Of a stretch of DNA of 64,000 nt, positions 19,578 to 30,095 are shown in pieces (positions within the stretch are counted from its first letter, which is position 1; each line of letters begins with the position of its first letter). A model generated the notes under the pieces. It searched no databases, had not been told where the DNA came from, and saw nothing but the letters and a program-made list of their open reading frames with translations. A program made the position numbers and the translations under genes. The stretch comes from a virus (Duplodnaviria; Caudoviricetes): positions 96,001-160,000 of IMG/VR virus record IMGVR_UViG_3300033074_001484; one strand, given 5' to 3'.

Positions 19578-20821
19578 CCACCCACCTCTAAAAAATTTAT
19601 AGGGACCAAAGAACCATAATCATGTCCTACTTTATATGTGACGGGAAAGTTGTCCTTGCCAATTATAGCCGACAATTCATAAAGTGTTGATGGTCCATCA
19701 ATTGGATTATAATCAATAAGAAATGAATCGTAAACATACAATAGTAATAGACTTCCCTTCTGATATAAATATTCAAATACATCGTTAAGAATGCAAAAAT
19801 TGCGCTCGGTCTCAATAGACTGTAAAAGATACGATAATAAAATGCCGCCATTCATATCCTCTCGTTTAGGTGGATATATTCGGCGTTTAAACATTAATGA
19901 CCGGATAAATCCGGTTGATTGAAATTCATTCATTAATGAGTGTTTGATATTCATAACGGCCTCAAATATAGGATGTTTGGACAGTTCATCATCATCCATA
20001 CTGTAAAATGAGCGCATTACCATTTTTTTAACAACCTGAATATCATACGATTGGTTAGTTGTCACCTTCAACCATTCAACTAATTTAAGATAAAAATTAT
20101 CATAATATTCATCAAAGACATGTCCTGCCACGATATATCGTAACATTAGCATTGGATGATACGACTTAAAATCATACTCAATAAGAATTCCGTTTTCAAA
20201 CCGCGACGTAATGTCATATCGAATATCCGACGCATGTGGGATTGCCATGAAATTTATAGTGTTTACGTTCGTAGGACGACCTGTCATGGTATATGGGTTG
20301 TACTTATTGTGTACATAGGTATTACCCATTTTAATGGTAGATTGGTTCAATCTATTAATGGCAGGTAGAATCACTGATCTGAAAGATTCAACGGCAAATA
20401 TATCATCAGATTTCATTTCTGATACATTATTCAAAAATTTATGCACAAATTTATCAATAACCTCTACCCATTTACTAATTGGTATGATATTAACATCAAA
20501 TGGAGTGTTGAATATAAATTGCTGTAAATCTGACACATAATCCTCAAATTGTAAAGGCTTGCCAGTTATAACATACATTGTATATGCTGCAACATTCAAA
20601 GGTGAATAAACATCAATGATATACCCGGATATACGAGACAGTTCTACATCTTCTCCGGAAATTGGAAGATCAGGATGCCTCACGTTATAAATGGTGCGCC
20701 GCTTTGACCACATATCAAACACATATATAAAGGATACCGCCCCATCATATAATTTAATGGGTATCAATAGTTTATTATTATCAATACCATGTAAATTAAA
20801 TCCGGTCTCCAACAATGTCAT
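19574..20821 (-). CDS. Family A DNA polymerase-like protein (divergent polymerase domain)
   Basis: TGRP, motif A IEYDF, motif B K..Y, LQSIE, motif C YVYDS. Confidence 0.75.
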   Translation of the reverse strand: MTLLETGFNLHGIDNNKLLIPIKLYDGAVSFIYVFDMWSKRRTIYNVRHPDLPISGEDVELSRISGYIIDVYSPLNVAAYTMYVITGKPLQFEDYVSDLQQFIFNTPFDVNIIPISKWVEVIDKFVHKFLNNVSEMKSDDIFAVESFRSVILPAINRLNQSTIKMGNTYVHNKYNPYTMTGRPTNVNTINFMAIPHASDIRYDITSRFENGILIEYDFKSYHPMLMLRYIVAGHVFDEYYDNFYLKLVEWLKVTTNQSYDIQVVKKMVMRSFYSMDDDELSKHPIFEAVMNIKHSLMNEFQSTGFIRSLMFKRRIYPPKREDMNGGILLSYLLQSIETERNFCILNDVFEYLYQKGSLLLLYVYDSFLIDYNPIDGPSTLYELSAIIGKDNFPVTYKVGHDYGSLVPINFLEVGG

Positions 20822-21387
20822 TATTTGTAGAATTCAGTAGCGTCCCGCAAATATAGACCAATTCCTATAAAATCAGATTCTGCTTTGATTATTTTTTGTA
20901 AATTTACTTGGTATGCCGATTGTTTTTCGACCTTAGAAATCACCCACGGCACCACCAATGAATTATACATGACCCCGTTTATACCGGGTAATCCTTTAGT
21001 ATTTATACTCATATATTGCGGTAAGTCGATTTCAATTATTGTCCGCGATGGATTATTCCTTTTCTGCACAAAATACCTATATATTTCACCACGAACGTAA
21101 TCTTCCATTGTAGGGATAACAGTATATGGTATCGGTGACATATACTGACTAACATTCATTTGTTTAATTCTATTGTACTGTCTAACATCCTCAGATAACG
21201 TCACATTAAGTGGATATAAACGCTTACCATTTACACTCGGCTTAAATTCCGTATACACCCATCCATTTTGTAATATATGATATGGCCCAATATATTCAGC
21301 ACCATCTGGTAATACAAATTCACCACCGGGGGTATATTTTCCCGGAGATATTTGGTGTGGTGGATAATATGGTTTCGTTATGGCCAT
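20821..21387 (-). CDS. Hypothetical late protein
   Basis: YTPGGEF..YIGPYH, P..EDY.RG..RYF; TATTTATA motif upstream. Confidence 0.7.
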   Translation of the reverse strand: MAITKPYYPPHQISPGKYTPGGEFVLPDGAEYIGPYHILQNGWVYTEFKPSVNGKRLYPLNVTLSEDVRQYNRIKQMNVSQYMSPIPYTVIPTMEDYVRGEIYRYFVQKRNNPSRTIIEIDLPQYMSINTKGLPGINGVMYNSLVVPWVISKVEKQSAYQVNLQKIIKAESDFIGIGLYLRDATEFYK

Positions 21388-21419
21388 GTTATATTACGTA
21401 TTTAGTTCCACGGGTTACC

Positions 21420-21427
21420 TATAAATA
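21420..21427 (-). promoter_or_regulatory. TATTTATW late-promoter-like motif
   Basis: Intergenic, sense TATTTATA. Confidence 0.5.
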
Positions 21428-21451
21428 TAAAACTCACTGTACATTCAAACG

Positions 21452-23461
21452 TTAATATAAACTCAACCCTTCACTATTTGTCGCCAAAATACCTTCTATA
21501 TCGGTACTCCAATCTGAATTTGTTATAGTATGCGTCACCCGACGCACCATAAAATATACATTCTTTGAATACCATGATTCTGGCACTTGTGTCGATGTGA
21601 CTGCGCATCCCGGAATAATCCCCCATGCACCATTAATTGTAGCGTGTATAGATAATCCGGGATAGTGTACCGGTTCATATTTTCTGGCATCTTCACGTGC
21701 TTTATAATACGATGAGACCGCTGATACCAGCCCTTGCACTTGGGACGATCCAAAGTTATTTTCCCCAAGCAGTCCGGGGTCTTTCACTAATTCATACATT
21801 TTTTTAGCAGCTTCATACTGCGCCTTTATACGTTTTGTATTAACACTTGGCAAACATCCTCGTATTGCTGAAATGGCGTCTCCTTTTTTTGATGCCCCCG
21901 CAAACATCGCCACACGATATTCTTCAGAGCCAACATTGCTCTGTATATCACATGATCGTGTTACATTGTCAGAGTTTATGGGGTCCAATTTCAAACAAGG
22001 TAATTTATTTGAAATCCCATAATTTTGATCCACAACCCACAAAACTTTTTTATCATCACCCCCCATATCTTCAACCAACCTGATAGCAATAAATCCCCCG
22101 GTGGCAACATTTATCGCATCTGAAATCGCATTAAAAAAATCAACTATATTAACAACTTCTTCTTTAGTATCTTTTACATCGGCATTGTCAGCAGCAGCCT
22201 CTCTCTTTTTACTCGCCTTTGCTAAACACCCGGACACTACATCTTTATGGATTAAAATTTTACCCAAATCTACTATGCCATCTCCCGATATTGCTCTTAC
22301 CGCTTCCAAATTGGTTGCGTCGTTCTCAAAATCTTTACCTTTCCCTGCACTGTTTTTATAATCACCTGCACTATTACCCATCAACAGCACGGATAGGGGA
22401 TCGCCCGATTTAAATGCTCTCGGTACCACCCCTTTGCTATAATCTTTATGAAATTTTATTTTGAGTTGCATAAATTCCGTATCATGTACCGCTTTGTGAA
22501 ATTGACGCATTAATTGGTCATTGATAATTCTGTGAACTACATACCCAAGTGTTACATATATTTGATATGTATCTTGGGTGGCCTCATCATATGTACCCAT
22601 AAATGTACCAATACCCCTACTAACCCACGCTCCTATATTTTGAAATACATTTCGCAAATATTTCCCATCGTACATTACTAATGCAGCTTTTGAAAAATTA
22701 AAACCATCTACATTGGGAACATAATCACTAAAATCACCCGCCGTCCGAACAGTACCATCAACAATGGAATTTAATGACATTGTACCATTTTGTTGAGTAT
22801 CACATACAATCAATTGATCAACCCCAGATACTTTATCTCTTTGTTGTGCAGCGTGTTCACCGGCAACAATATATTCCAGCCCATTAGCCACCATCATCAT
22901 TTGCATGTCGGCTGTTTTTAATGCTACCGCCGATGAAACAGCTGAACATCTACACAACCAAGTCCCCTCAGAATTAGCATTAAATTCAAATGTGGCAATT
23001 GTAAAATCTTTTAAACTAACTGAATCATTGACATCCCATACATTACCCCCGAATGAATAAGCAAGGTCTAATCGTAATTTGTTTCCGGGTATTAAAAATG
23101 ATTCAAATATATCCTGAAAATCATCTTTGGTGTATGCTTCAATTTCAACATTTATTCGTTGGGCAAGTCCCCAATCTCCCCCATAGTCAATGGTAACACT
23201 TTTCAATGTAGGTAACGGTTTAATAAGCCCACCACGATTATAATCCCCATCCCATGTTGTAGGGTCTTTTGGAAGTGTATACGATTTTCCACCCTCACAT
23301 GCCATAGGTGTTGCAGTAACTTTAACGATAGCTGGATTGCGGACTTGCGCCGATTTACCCCCTACAAATCTAACTTGATTGTTTAAACCTTTTCTACCAC
23401 CAATAACCCCCATAAAACCTCCAATAGGGGCACGGCGGAATAAATTTATAGCATCTGCCAT
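21452..23461 (-). CDS. Putative baseplate hub protein
   Basis: Follows tape measure and LysM-like genes; C-terminal TINGAWGIIPG..YFMVRRVTHTI..WSTDIEG is typical of gp27/gpD-like hubs. Confidence 0.6.
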   Translation of the reverse strand: MADAINLFRRAPIGGFMGVIGGRKGLNNQVRFVGGKSAQVRNPAIVKVTATPMACEGGKSYTLPKDPTTWDGDYNRGGLIKPLPTLKSVTIDYGGDWGLAQRINVEIEAYTKDDFQDIFESFLIPGNKLRLDLAYSFGGNVWDVNDSVSLKDFTIATFEFNANSEGTWLCRCSAVSSAVALKTADMQMMMVANGLEYIVAGEHAAQQRDKVSGVDQLIVCDTQQNGTMSLNSIVDGTVRTAGDFSDYVPNVDGFNFSKAALVMYDGKYLRNVFQNIGAWVSRGIGTFMGTYDEATQDTYQIYVTLGYVVHRIINDQLMRQFHKAVHDTEFMQLKIKFHKDYSKGVVPRAFKSGDPLSVLLMGNSAGDYKNSAGKGKDFENDATNLEAVRAISGDGIVDLGKILIHKDVVSGCLAKASKKREAAADNADVKDTKEEVVNIVDFFNAISDAINVATGGFIAIRLVEDMGGDDKKVLWVVDQNYGISNKLPCLKLDPINSDNVTRSCDIQSNVGSEEYRVAMFAGASKKGDAISAIRGCLPSVNTKRIKAQYEAAKKMYELVKDPGLLGENNFGSSQVQGLVSAVSSYYKAREDARKYEPVHYPGLSIHATINGAWGIIPGCAVTSTQVPESWYSKNVYFMVRRVTHTITNSDWSTDIEGILATNSEGLSLY

Positions 23462-23463
23462 TG

Positions 23464-23769
23464 TTAATTCTGCATTTCAGTGAATATATCTTCAATCTCA
23501 AATCTATCAAGGGGATACGGTATGCGCAATTGTATTCCAACAGGAGGTTTTATAGTTGGAGCACTCAAATTATTAGCCCTTGCAATAAGAATCCAATATC
23601 GTGGATCGCCATAATATTCATTTGCCAACAAATCCATTCGATGATGGCTTTTGGTAATAATAAAAATATCAGTATCTTTCATTTCAAACCGTGGATAATA
23701 CATAGTTGAATATCTATGCAGCGAAATTTTATCAATTATATCACCCGCGTATTGTTTATATCGTTGCAT
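23464..23769 (-). CDS. LysM-like baseplate protein (gp53/gpX-like)
   Basis: RMDLLANEYYGDPRYWILIARAN..G.QLRIP. Confidence 0.8.
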   Translation of the reverse strand: MQRYKQYAGDIIDKISLHRYSTMYYPRFEMKDTDIFIITKSHHRMDLLANEYYGDPRYWILIARANNLSAPTIKPPVGIQLRIPYPLDRFEIEDIFTEMQN

Positions 23770-23777
23770 TTAACCCC

Positions 23778-24353
23778 TTATGTTTTATTTGAATCCGGCT
23801 GTTGTCTATGAAAATATTTATACGTTCCATGTTTTTTCGCACCTATTTTGTAATCTGGACGATTACCAAGCCCATCTGTAAGATTTCTAATACTAATTGT
23901 GACTTGTGTGTATACTGGACGTTTGGCATCACCATCCCACGGATATTCCAATTCCCAATTCAAACTCAGTGATGTTATATACCCAATCCCCTCAAGTAAT
24001 TCCGCAATTTCATAATATACAAACGGTGCATTATATCCTTGATTGGGTCGTCTAAGCGGATATGTTAATAATGCCAATTTTCGCAATTTCGTATAATTTG
24101 CATCATGTTCATCTTTATTAGTTGCAATGGTCATAAATGAAAACCCAAGTGACCGCGAATGCCCAGTATACATCACTTTTGGGTCCGCACGTCCCATGTC
24201 AAAATGCTCTGACCATTGTGGGGAATTGTCATCTGAAATTGCTGATGTCAAAAAACAATCAAACAATAAATCCTCATCCGCTGGACCCTGTCCCGGTATC
24301 ATTGGTCTAAACACCAATTTTCGCACATTTCCATTACGAGGATATTTACTCAT
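23778..24353 (-). CDS. Baseplate tube-initiator-like protein
   Basis: W...MGRADP..YTG.SR; directly downstream of the tape measure gene. Confidence 0.6.
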   Translation of the reverse strand: MSKYPRNGNVRKLVFRPMIPGQGPADEDLLFDCFLTSAISDDNSPQWSEHFDMGRADPKVMYTGHSRSLGFSFMTIATNKDEHDANYTKLRKLALLTYPLRRPNQGYNAPFVYYEIAELLEGIGYITSLSLNWELEYPWDGDAKRPVYTQVTISIRNLTDGLGNRPDYKIGAKKHGTYKYFHRQQPDSNKT

Positions 24354-24355
24354 AT

Positions 24356-27300
24356 TTACCTATCATTTGACATTGGTTTTGACAGTCTATAAATTCTATT
24401 CGCATCATCTTTACCAACTGACACCACAACCGGTCTATTACTATAATCCTGAAATAAATCAACCAACCGTTTCAAATATACTTCCAGCCGTTCAAGGGTA
24501 AGTTCTTGTCCACTTGGCATATCAAAATCAACTTCATCGGGTGTATTTCCAACCGCACGGTCTTTCACCCCACGGCTTAAATCCGTTTTAGCAATGTTAA
24601 CACCTTGGCCAGTGTATGATTCAGGTGGTGGCATTGCACTAATCATATTAGCATATTTTTCATTTACTTTTAAAGATGCTGATATATTCTGTGATGTTGA
24701 TTTCAATGAAGTCAACATGTTCAGCTTTTCAATATTTACATCTTCAAGCGTGGCACTTAATTTGACTAAGGATGCTGCAAGCGCATTTATACTCAGGGAT
24801 GTAGCATCAATTCCACCACCAATATCAGCAAATGTCGATAATGATTTACCAATCGAATCCGATGTTGCAACAGGATAATCATACAATCCCTTACCAAATG
24901 ATATAAGTACACTTAAAACCGATTGTAAGGCATCTATATTCAAGTTACTAAACTTGGACAGGCTTGTTTCAAGAATCCCTGTCGATGTGCCTAATTTTTT
25001 TAAGCCATTTGCTAACGGAATTATAGCAACACCCATAACTGCTAACGCGGCAGCACCGGCCAAAATAGCGGCAGCACCAAATCCAGATAATACAAATGCA
25101 CCAAGTGCTGTTAACGCAACAGTCAATCCCAACAGTGCAGTACCAGCAATGCCAAGTGTAGACCATTTTACATCGGTTAACATATTTAATGCGTATGCCA
25201 ATGGTATTAACGATGCCCCCATGATAGCCAACGCCACTGACCCTACAATAGCATTTGAGGCAACTTTACTTACTAACATAGCCATTGCAACCAACCCACC
25301 CATCGCCACTGTAGCTTTACCAATACTTGACCAATCCACTGATGCAAATTTGCCCATCGCCTCAGATATAATATACATAGATGAAGCTAATATCACCAAA
25401 GATGTTGCACCAATTAACGCCTTTGGCCCGAACGTGTTTAAACCCTTTCCAATCCCACTCAATAAATTTTCAATTCCCTCCCCGGCAGCATCTGTTAGTG
25501 ATTTGAATACATCGCCAATAGTTGTAGTTAAAGTTTTCAGTACATCACCAATTGAATTTATCATACTAATAAATCCATTCTTTAAGGTCGATCCTATGTT
25601 TTTCAGCCCATCTATCATCGATGCTCCAGTCTTTTTACTATCTGTCGCTGAATCGCCAAGAATTGATGAAAATATGGAACTGCCACCTGTCTTCGAGCTT
25701 GTAATACCTTTTATCTTATCAAATACACCACCAAGCATCCCTCCCACGGATGGTATCATTTTTTTAAGTATTGAGAAAGATTTTGTAATTGGCCATAGCC
25801 CAAATTTTAAATATGACAATGGACTTTTTAATACCCACAGACCACCCATCAATCCACCAATCGAATATAGTAAAACTTCAAATCCACTCATCTGCTTGAA
25901 AACAGCAGTTATATTAGATTTTACATTATCAAACCCATTGGCAAATGATGTTACAACATCAACTCCCGATGAAATATTATCAACAACGCCCACCACCATA
26001 TTACCAAGAACCTTAAATGGTGCAAGTATACCTTTGACAATGGTTAATATACCTTTTAATAACCATCCGGCAACTCTAAACAATCCAACTAAAATTTCAA
26101 ATGCCGGGGATAATCCATCCAATAAATCTCCGAACGATTCTGCAAGTGGTAATATTGACTTAATCAGTATTGCCTTGAAGCGATCAAACATGTTATTTAG
26201 TCGATCTGCTGCATCTAATTCATGTAATTTCTGCTTAACTTGCGCATCAGTTAGCATAGACACATCGCCCAATTTATCTGCATATTTATTTGCCAAATCC
26301 ACTTCATCCTTGGACATTGAAGCCATTTTCTCCTTTAAAACCAAACTTTTTGATATTTCCTCAACTGACATGCCAAGTGTATTTGCAAGTTTCATCCTCT
26401 GCAAATAATCCATATTAGACCATTCATTTAATGATCCTATCGAATCCATTATTGCCTTGCTCATACCTTCGATGTCTCCGGCGATGCCCAAATCAAACGC
26501 TTTTGACAGATCAATACCCGACATTGCGTTTAATTCATACATGTCAGTCATGAACCCTTCAATATTAAGCATTTTTTTAGCAACTTCACCCGCTTGTTTT
26601 AAGGTGACACCCAATTTACGTGTTGCTATTGCGGCTTTAGCAGCGTCTTCAGGATATCCTGCATAATATGTCTGTAACGTCTCGGCAGCATCCAATAAAT
26701 CTTGTGTTATCATTTGTGGCGATAACCCATTCAACTCCGATAGATAATTTATATTTCTAACTAACGTTTTTGACAACGTATCATCTGCTCCTAATTTTTG
26801 AAACTCATTATATAAACCAACTGCCTGTTTTTCAGAAATCCCAAACAACTTAACCGTTTCTCCCAAATTTTGGGAAGTTTTCAATGCAGTTTTGTCCATC
26901 AAGGTAAATGTCAATCCCCACGTCTCCGCAAATTCACCTTGTATTGCGGATAATTCTCGCATGTTCAAAGTATATCTTGAAGATGCGGAAATCATATCTA
27001 CCGTGTTTTTATGAATTTGTTTTGCCGTTGATAAACTAACTCCCAATGTTTTACTAAGCTCTTTCCAACGCTCAGATAACAATGATGATAATTTATACGC
27101 ACCTGCGATGGCAATTACCAATGCACCAAAGCCAGACATGACTTTTGTAACATTCCCGCCAAAGAAATTGATTGCGTCAGACATAGCTTCCGTTGACGTT
27201 TTCCCTTTCTTCACTCCATCTATAAATGTTTTGAATGTAGTATCTACAATTGACTTGAAACGTACTGACGCTTCATTTAATCCTAAAAATTCAGCAATTG

Positions 27301-28423
27301 GTGTTGGTACTAATGATATCATATTTGATAATGCCACGGACGCATTGTCAAATAATTTATTCGTAGTTTTTAATGTGCCACCCAACGACTTTAGAAGCTC
27401 CATCCGTTCTTCATACGCTTCTATAACTACACGATCCCCGTGTAATTTATCAGTAGCCTTTGCAATTGCAGCAATGTCTAATTCCGTTTTTCCAAGTTTT
27501 CGCAGCCGCTCTATTTGAGCATCCGTAAGATGTCCAATTGAATTATATTGATTAGCCATCTCATCAAGCTCTGCATTCACCTTTTCGATAGCCTTCATGG
27601 TTTGAGTGTACGCAGCACCGGCCAATTTATCACCGGTAGAGATATTAACTAAAATCTCCTTTTCTGGGAACCATTTATACCCGTACATTTCAGCAGCATA
27701 CAATTTAACTTTGTTTGCTAAGATTTTAGCTTCAAGCTCCATTGCTGATACTGCATCTTTTGCAGATGCAGCCAATCGATTAAATCCTTCGTCCACTTCC
27801 ACTGAATCAAATCCAATCTGAATTTTTTTAGATGAAAGCGTATCCATGAAATTATCCATAGACGATATAATATCGTCTATACTTCGCTGATCTATTAATT
27901 CCGGTGCAAATATAGAGTCTACATCAACTGCTCGTAAAATTGCATTATGAACAGCCTCCATCGATGATTCACCTACAATCCCGGCACTTCTATATTGTTT
28001 TTCAAGCCTTTTTATTTCATCCGTTAATCTATAAAATGCGTCAGTTAACGTTTCTGTAAAATAAATCTCGTCATCTATAAAATCTTGCCGAGTTTTTCTA
28101 CTCTTTAGCTCGTCTTTGAATCGTTTATAACCTTTTTCGTCCAACTTGTCAAGCTCTTTGTACTTGTCAAGTAAGTAATCCGTATCCTTTTTATCAAGTT
28201 TTAAGTTCTTTAAAAATTTATTTATAGACCCTTCGTTTATACTTTTCAGTTTTTTGGCATTTTGGATCGCATCCTTTAATGTGTCAGATGAATTGATAAT
28301 ACCACTGTCCAACGCTTCAATTAATAAACGAAACGCCTTGGCATGTTCGTCCATTCGAGTCGCTGATTCAGCCAACTCATTATTTAAACGTATAATTAAT
28401 TTGGGATCAATTTGCTTGGCCAT
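24356..28423 (-). CDS. Tail tape measure protein
   Basis: 1355 aa, helical, Ala/Gly/Leu-rich hydrophobic repeats; position between chaperone and baseplate genes. Confidence 0.88.
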   Translation of the reverse strand: MAKQIDPKLIIRLNNELAESATRMDEHAKAFRLLIEALDSGIINSSDTLKDAIQNAKKLKSINEGSINKFLKNLKLDKKDTDYLLDKYKELDKLDEKGYKRFKDELKSRKTRQDFIDDEIYFTETLTDAFYRLTDEIKRLEKQYRSAGIVGESSMEAVHNAILRAVDVDSIFAPELIDQRSIDDIISSMDNFMDTLSSKKIQIGFDSVEVDEGFNRLAASAKDAVSAMELEAKILANKVKLYAAEMYGYKWFPEKEILVNISTGDKLAGAAYTQTMKAIEKVNAELDEMANQYNSIGHLTDAQIERLRKLGKTELDIAAIAKATDKLHGDRVVIEAYEERMELLKSLGGTLKTTNKLFDNASVALSNMISLVPTPIAEFLGLNEASVRFKSIVDTTFKTFIDGVKKGKTSTEAMSDAINFFGGNVTKVMSGFGALVIAIAGAYKLSSLLSERWKELSKTLGVSLSTAKQIHKNTVDMISASSRYTLNMRELSAIQGEFAETWGLTFTLMDKTALKTSQNLGETVKLFGISEKQAVGLYNEFQKLGADDTLSKTLVRNINYLSELNGLSPQMITQDLLDAAETLQTYYAGYPEDAAKAAIATRKLGVTLKQAGEVAKKMLNIEGFMTDMYELNAMSGIDLSKAFDLGIAGDIEGMSKAIMDSIGSLNEWSNMDYLQRMKLANTLGMSVEEISKSLVLKEKMASMSKDEVDLANKYADKLGDVSMLTDAQVKQKLHELDAADRLNNMFDRFKAILIKSILPLAESFGDLLDGLSPAFEILVGLFRVAGWLLKGILTIVKGILAPFKVLGNMVVGVVDNISSGVDVVTSFANGFDNVKSNITAVFKQMSGFEVLLYSIGGLMGGLWVLKSPLSYLKFGLWPITKSFSILKKMIPSVGGMLGGVFDKIKGITSSKTGGSSIFSSILGDSATDSKKTGASMIDGLKNIGSTLKNGFISMINSIGDVLKTLTTTIGDVFKSLTDAAGEGIENLLSGIGKGLNTFGPKALIGATSLVILASSMYIISEAMGKFASVDWSSIGKATVAMGGLVAMAMLVSKVASNAIVGSVALAIMGASLIPLAYALNMLTDVKWSTLGIAGTALLGLTVALTALGAFVLSGFGAAAILAGAAALAVMGVAIIPLANGLKKLGTSTGILETSLSKFSNLNIDALQSVLSVLISFGKGLYDYPVATSDSIGKSLSTFADIGGGIDATSLSINALAASLVKLSATLEDVNIEKLNMLTSLKSTSQNISASLKVNEKYANMISAMPPPESYTGQGVNIAKTDLSRGVKDRAVGNTPDEVDFDMPSGQELTLERLEVYLKRLVDLFQDYSNRPVVVSVGKDDANRIYRLSKPMSNDR

Positions 28424-28455
28424 TTACACTCCGACACACTTATAAGGTGTTAGGT

Positions 28456-28761
28456 TTATTCTGGTTTATAATCCGATGCCATTTTTCTATATTTCTCATG
28501 CTTTGAGCGTTTGTAATAAAAGTCCGGGTCTTTCCAAAACTCTTTACATGCCGGGTGGTGTGGGTCTTCATGGCATTTCTTAGCAAGTATTTCCGCCATC
28601 TTATCAAAAGCACTCCGATACGATGTGACAGCCTTATTAACTTCAGGGTCTTCATCTACCGCAGTAGCTAACTTTTTCAACGATTTTTTCACAAATGGAT
28701 AAGCGAGAAGCCTTGCAATCTCAACCCATATATTTTCCGTAAACAAATATTTTCTTGACAT
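28456..28761 (-). CDS. Hypothetical late protein
   Basis: AAGGAGG SD and TATTTATT motif upstream. Confidence 0.75.
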   Translation of the reverse strand: MSRKYLFTENIWVEIARLLAYPFVKKSLKKLATAVDEDPEVNKAVTSYRSAFDKMAEILAKKCHEDPHHPACKEFWKDPDFYYKRSKHEKYRKMASDYKPE

Positions 28762-28774
28762 ATAATCCTCCTTA

Positions 28775-28782
28775 AATAAATA
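28775..28782 (-). promoter_or_regulatory. TATTTATW late-promoter-like motif
   Basis: Sense TATTTATT followed by TAAGGAGG. Confidence 0.55.
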
Positions 28783-28807
28783 TCCAACCCATATTAAAAA
28801 TTGAAAA

Positions 28808-29033
28808 TCATCTACGCCGCATTCGTTTTGAACTATTAAGTTTGGATTTATCTTCCTCGGCTTGCTTTATTCTGGTCTCAATAATATCATGCATCTTCAT
28901 GTAATAATATGCCCTCACATTGACAGGCATTGCATGCACATCTGAATATGTAAAACCACCCTCCCCATAAAATACCAAATCAAATATTTGGTTATATACA
29001 GTCGTATTATAATCTACTGTCAGGCCAAAAAAA
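28808..29033 (-). CDS. Tail assembly chaperone C-terminal extension (gpT/E'-like), probably reached by frameshift
   Basis: Overlaps the end of the upstream chaperone in the +1 frame at a T7 run; QIFDLVFYGEGGFTYSDVHAMPVNVR resembles T-type extensions. Confidence 0.6.
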
Positions 29034-29840
29034 GTCCAATCCGATGGTAGGCGTTGTACGAAAGGGTTCCCCGGTGCCCTCATCAATTATTTCAATAGTC
29101 ATGTCTATGTCCGGTTGTATTTCTGAAATATACTGCCGAAGTCTGCGACTATCAAATGCCATTAAATCATTTTCAATGTACATTTTAATAAACCGTGGAT
29201 CGGAATTATCATTAATTGATAATATCATATGTGACAGCCTAACCGTCATTTGGTGATCCGGTGAATCAGGACGTTTATATTTTTTAGCAGCAGCATCCAT
29301 CGACTTTTGATCACCATTAGTCAGCAGTTTAAATTTAATAATGTCACCGCCTCTTGTGGTAAAGTTAAACTCGTTTACCCCCGGAGTATATTTTGATTCA
29401 TCTAATTCTTTTGGTTTAAATTCTTCCAAATTTACTGTAACGGTCTGTTCTCCACCACTTGGGGTTTTAACCTTTGCAGTATACTCTGGACCATATCCAT
29501 ATACACGCGCAGCCAACATAATAGCAGTTTTATCGCCGAGCAACATACTATCATAGTCAATATTAGAGATTATCAGAGATTGAAACAACCTGTCCAACAC
29601 AATACCAGATCGGATATATTGTTCTGTTGTTAAAATATCTTCTTCTTTGGCTGTCATATATTTCATTTCAACCCGGCCAATTGATAATGGATTTTCTGGG
29701 GGATATACTATACCCCGCGATGGTAAATCAACCATTACCGTTGGATATTTAAGATCGCGAGCCGCGTTTGATATGTTCGCTTCATGATCTACGGTTTCAG
29801 TAACCGGTTTATTTGGATAATTTTCCACTACATTACTCAT
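29007..29840 (-). CDS. Tail/baseplate assembly chaperone (gp26/gp51-like)
   Basis: VDLPSRG..YP, MTAKEEDIL, GDK.AIMLAARV..YG, C-terminal DFFWP. Confidence 0.8.
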   Translation of the reverse strand: MSNVVENYPNKPVTETVDHEANISNAARDLKYPTVMVDLPSRGIVYPPENPLSIGRVEMKYMTAKEEDILTTEQYIRSGIVLDRLFQSLIISNIDYDSMLLGDKTAIMLAARVYGYGPEYTAKVKTPSGGEQTVTVNLEEFKPKELDESKYTPGVNEFNFTTRGGDIIKFKLLTNGDQKSMDAAAKKYKRPDSPDHQMTVRLSHMILSINDNSDPRFIKMYIENDLMAFDSRRLRQYISEIQPDIDMTIEIIDEGTGEPFRTTPTIGLDFFWPDSRL

Positions 29841-29852
29841 AACTTCTCCTTT

Positions 29853-30047
29853 TTATCGTAATAACCATTTTGAATTAATCCTATCTACCACCATTGTTAT
29901 GAACGCGGTGAGTTCATGTTTAGGAATCCCTCGCTCATCAAGATATGTATCAAAAATATTATCCCGATGGCCTATCTTCAATACATCAGATATAAACGCA
30001 TCAACATCGTTCATTGTAATTTTGGTGGGATTTTTACTCATACTCAT
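29853..30047 (-). CDS. Hypothetical protein
   Basis: Short ORF with TATTTATT upstream (30065-30072). Confidence 0.6.
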   Translation of the reverse strand: MSMSKNPTKITMNDVDAFISDVLKIGHRDNIFDTYLDERGIPKHELTAFITMVVDRINSKWLLR

Positions 30048-30095
30048 ATAATCTCAATACTGTGAATAAATATAAAGAACTCGCGTGAAAATGTA

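Noticed and set aside
24954-26408. 484-aa plus-strand ORF and other plus-strand ORFs (e.g. 17590-18309, 40005-40565)
   Set aside because: They lie fully antisense to well-supported genes and have no motifs, so they are treated as shadow frames.
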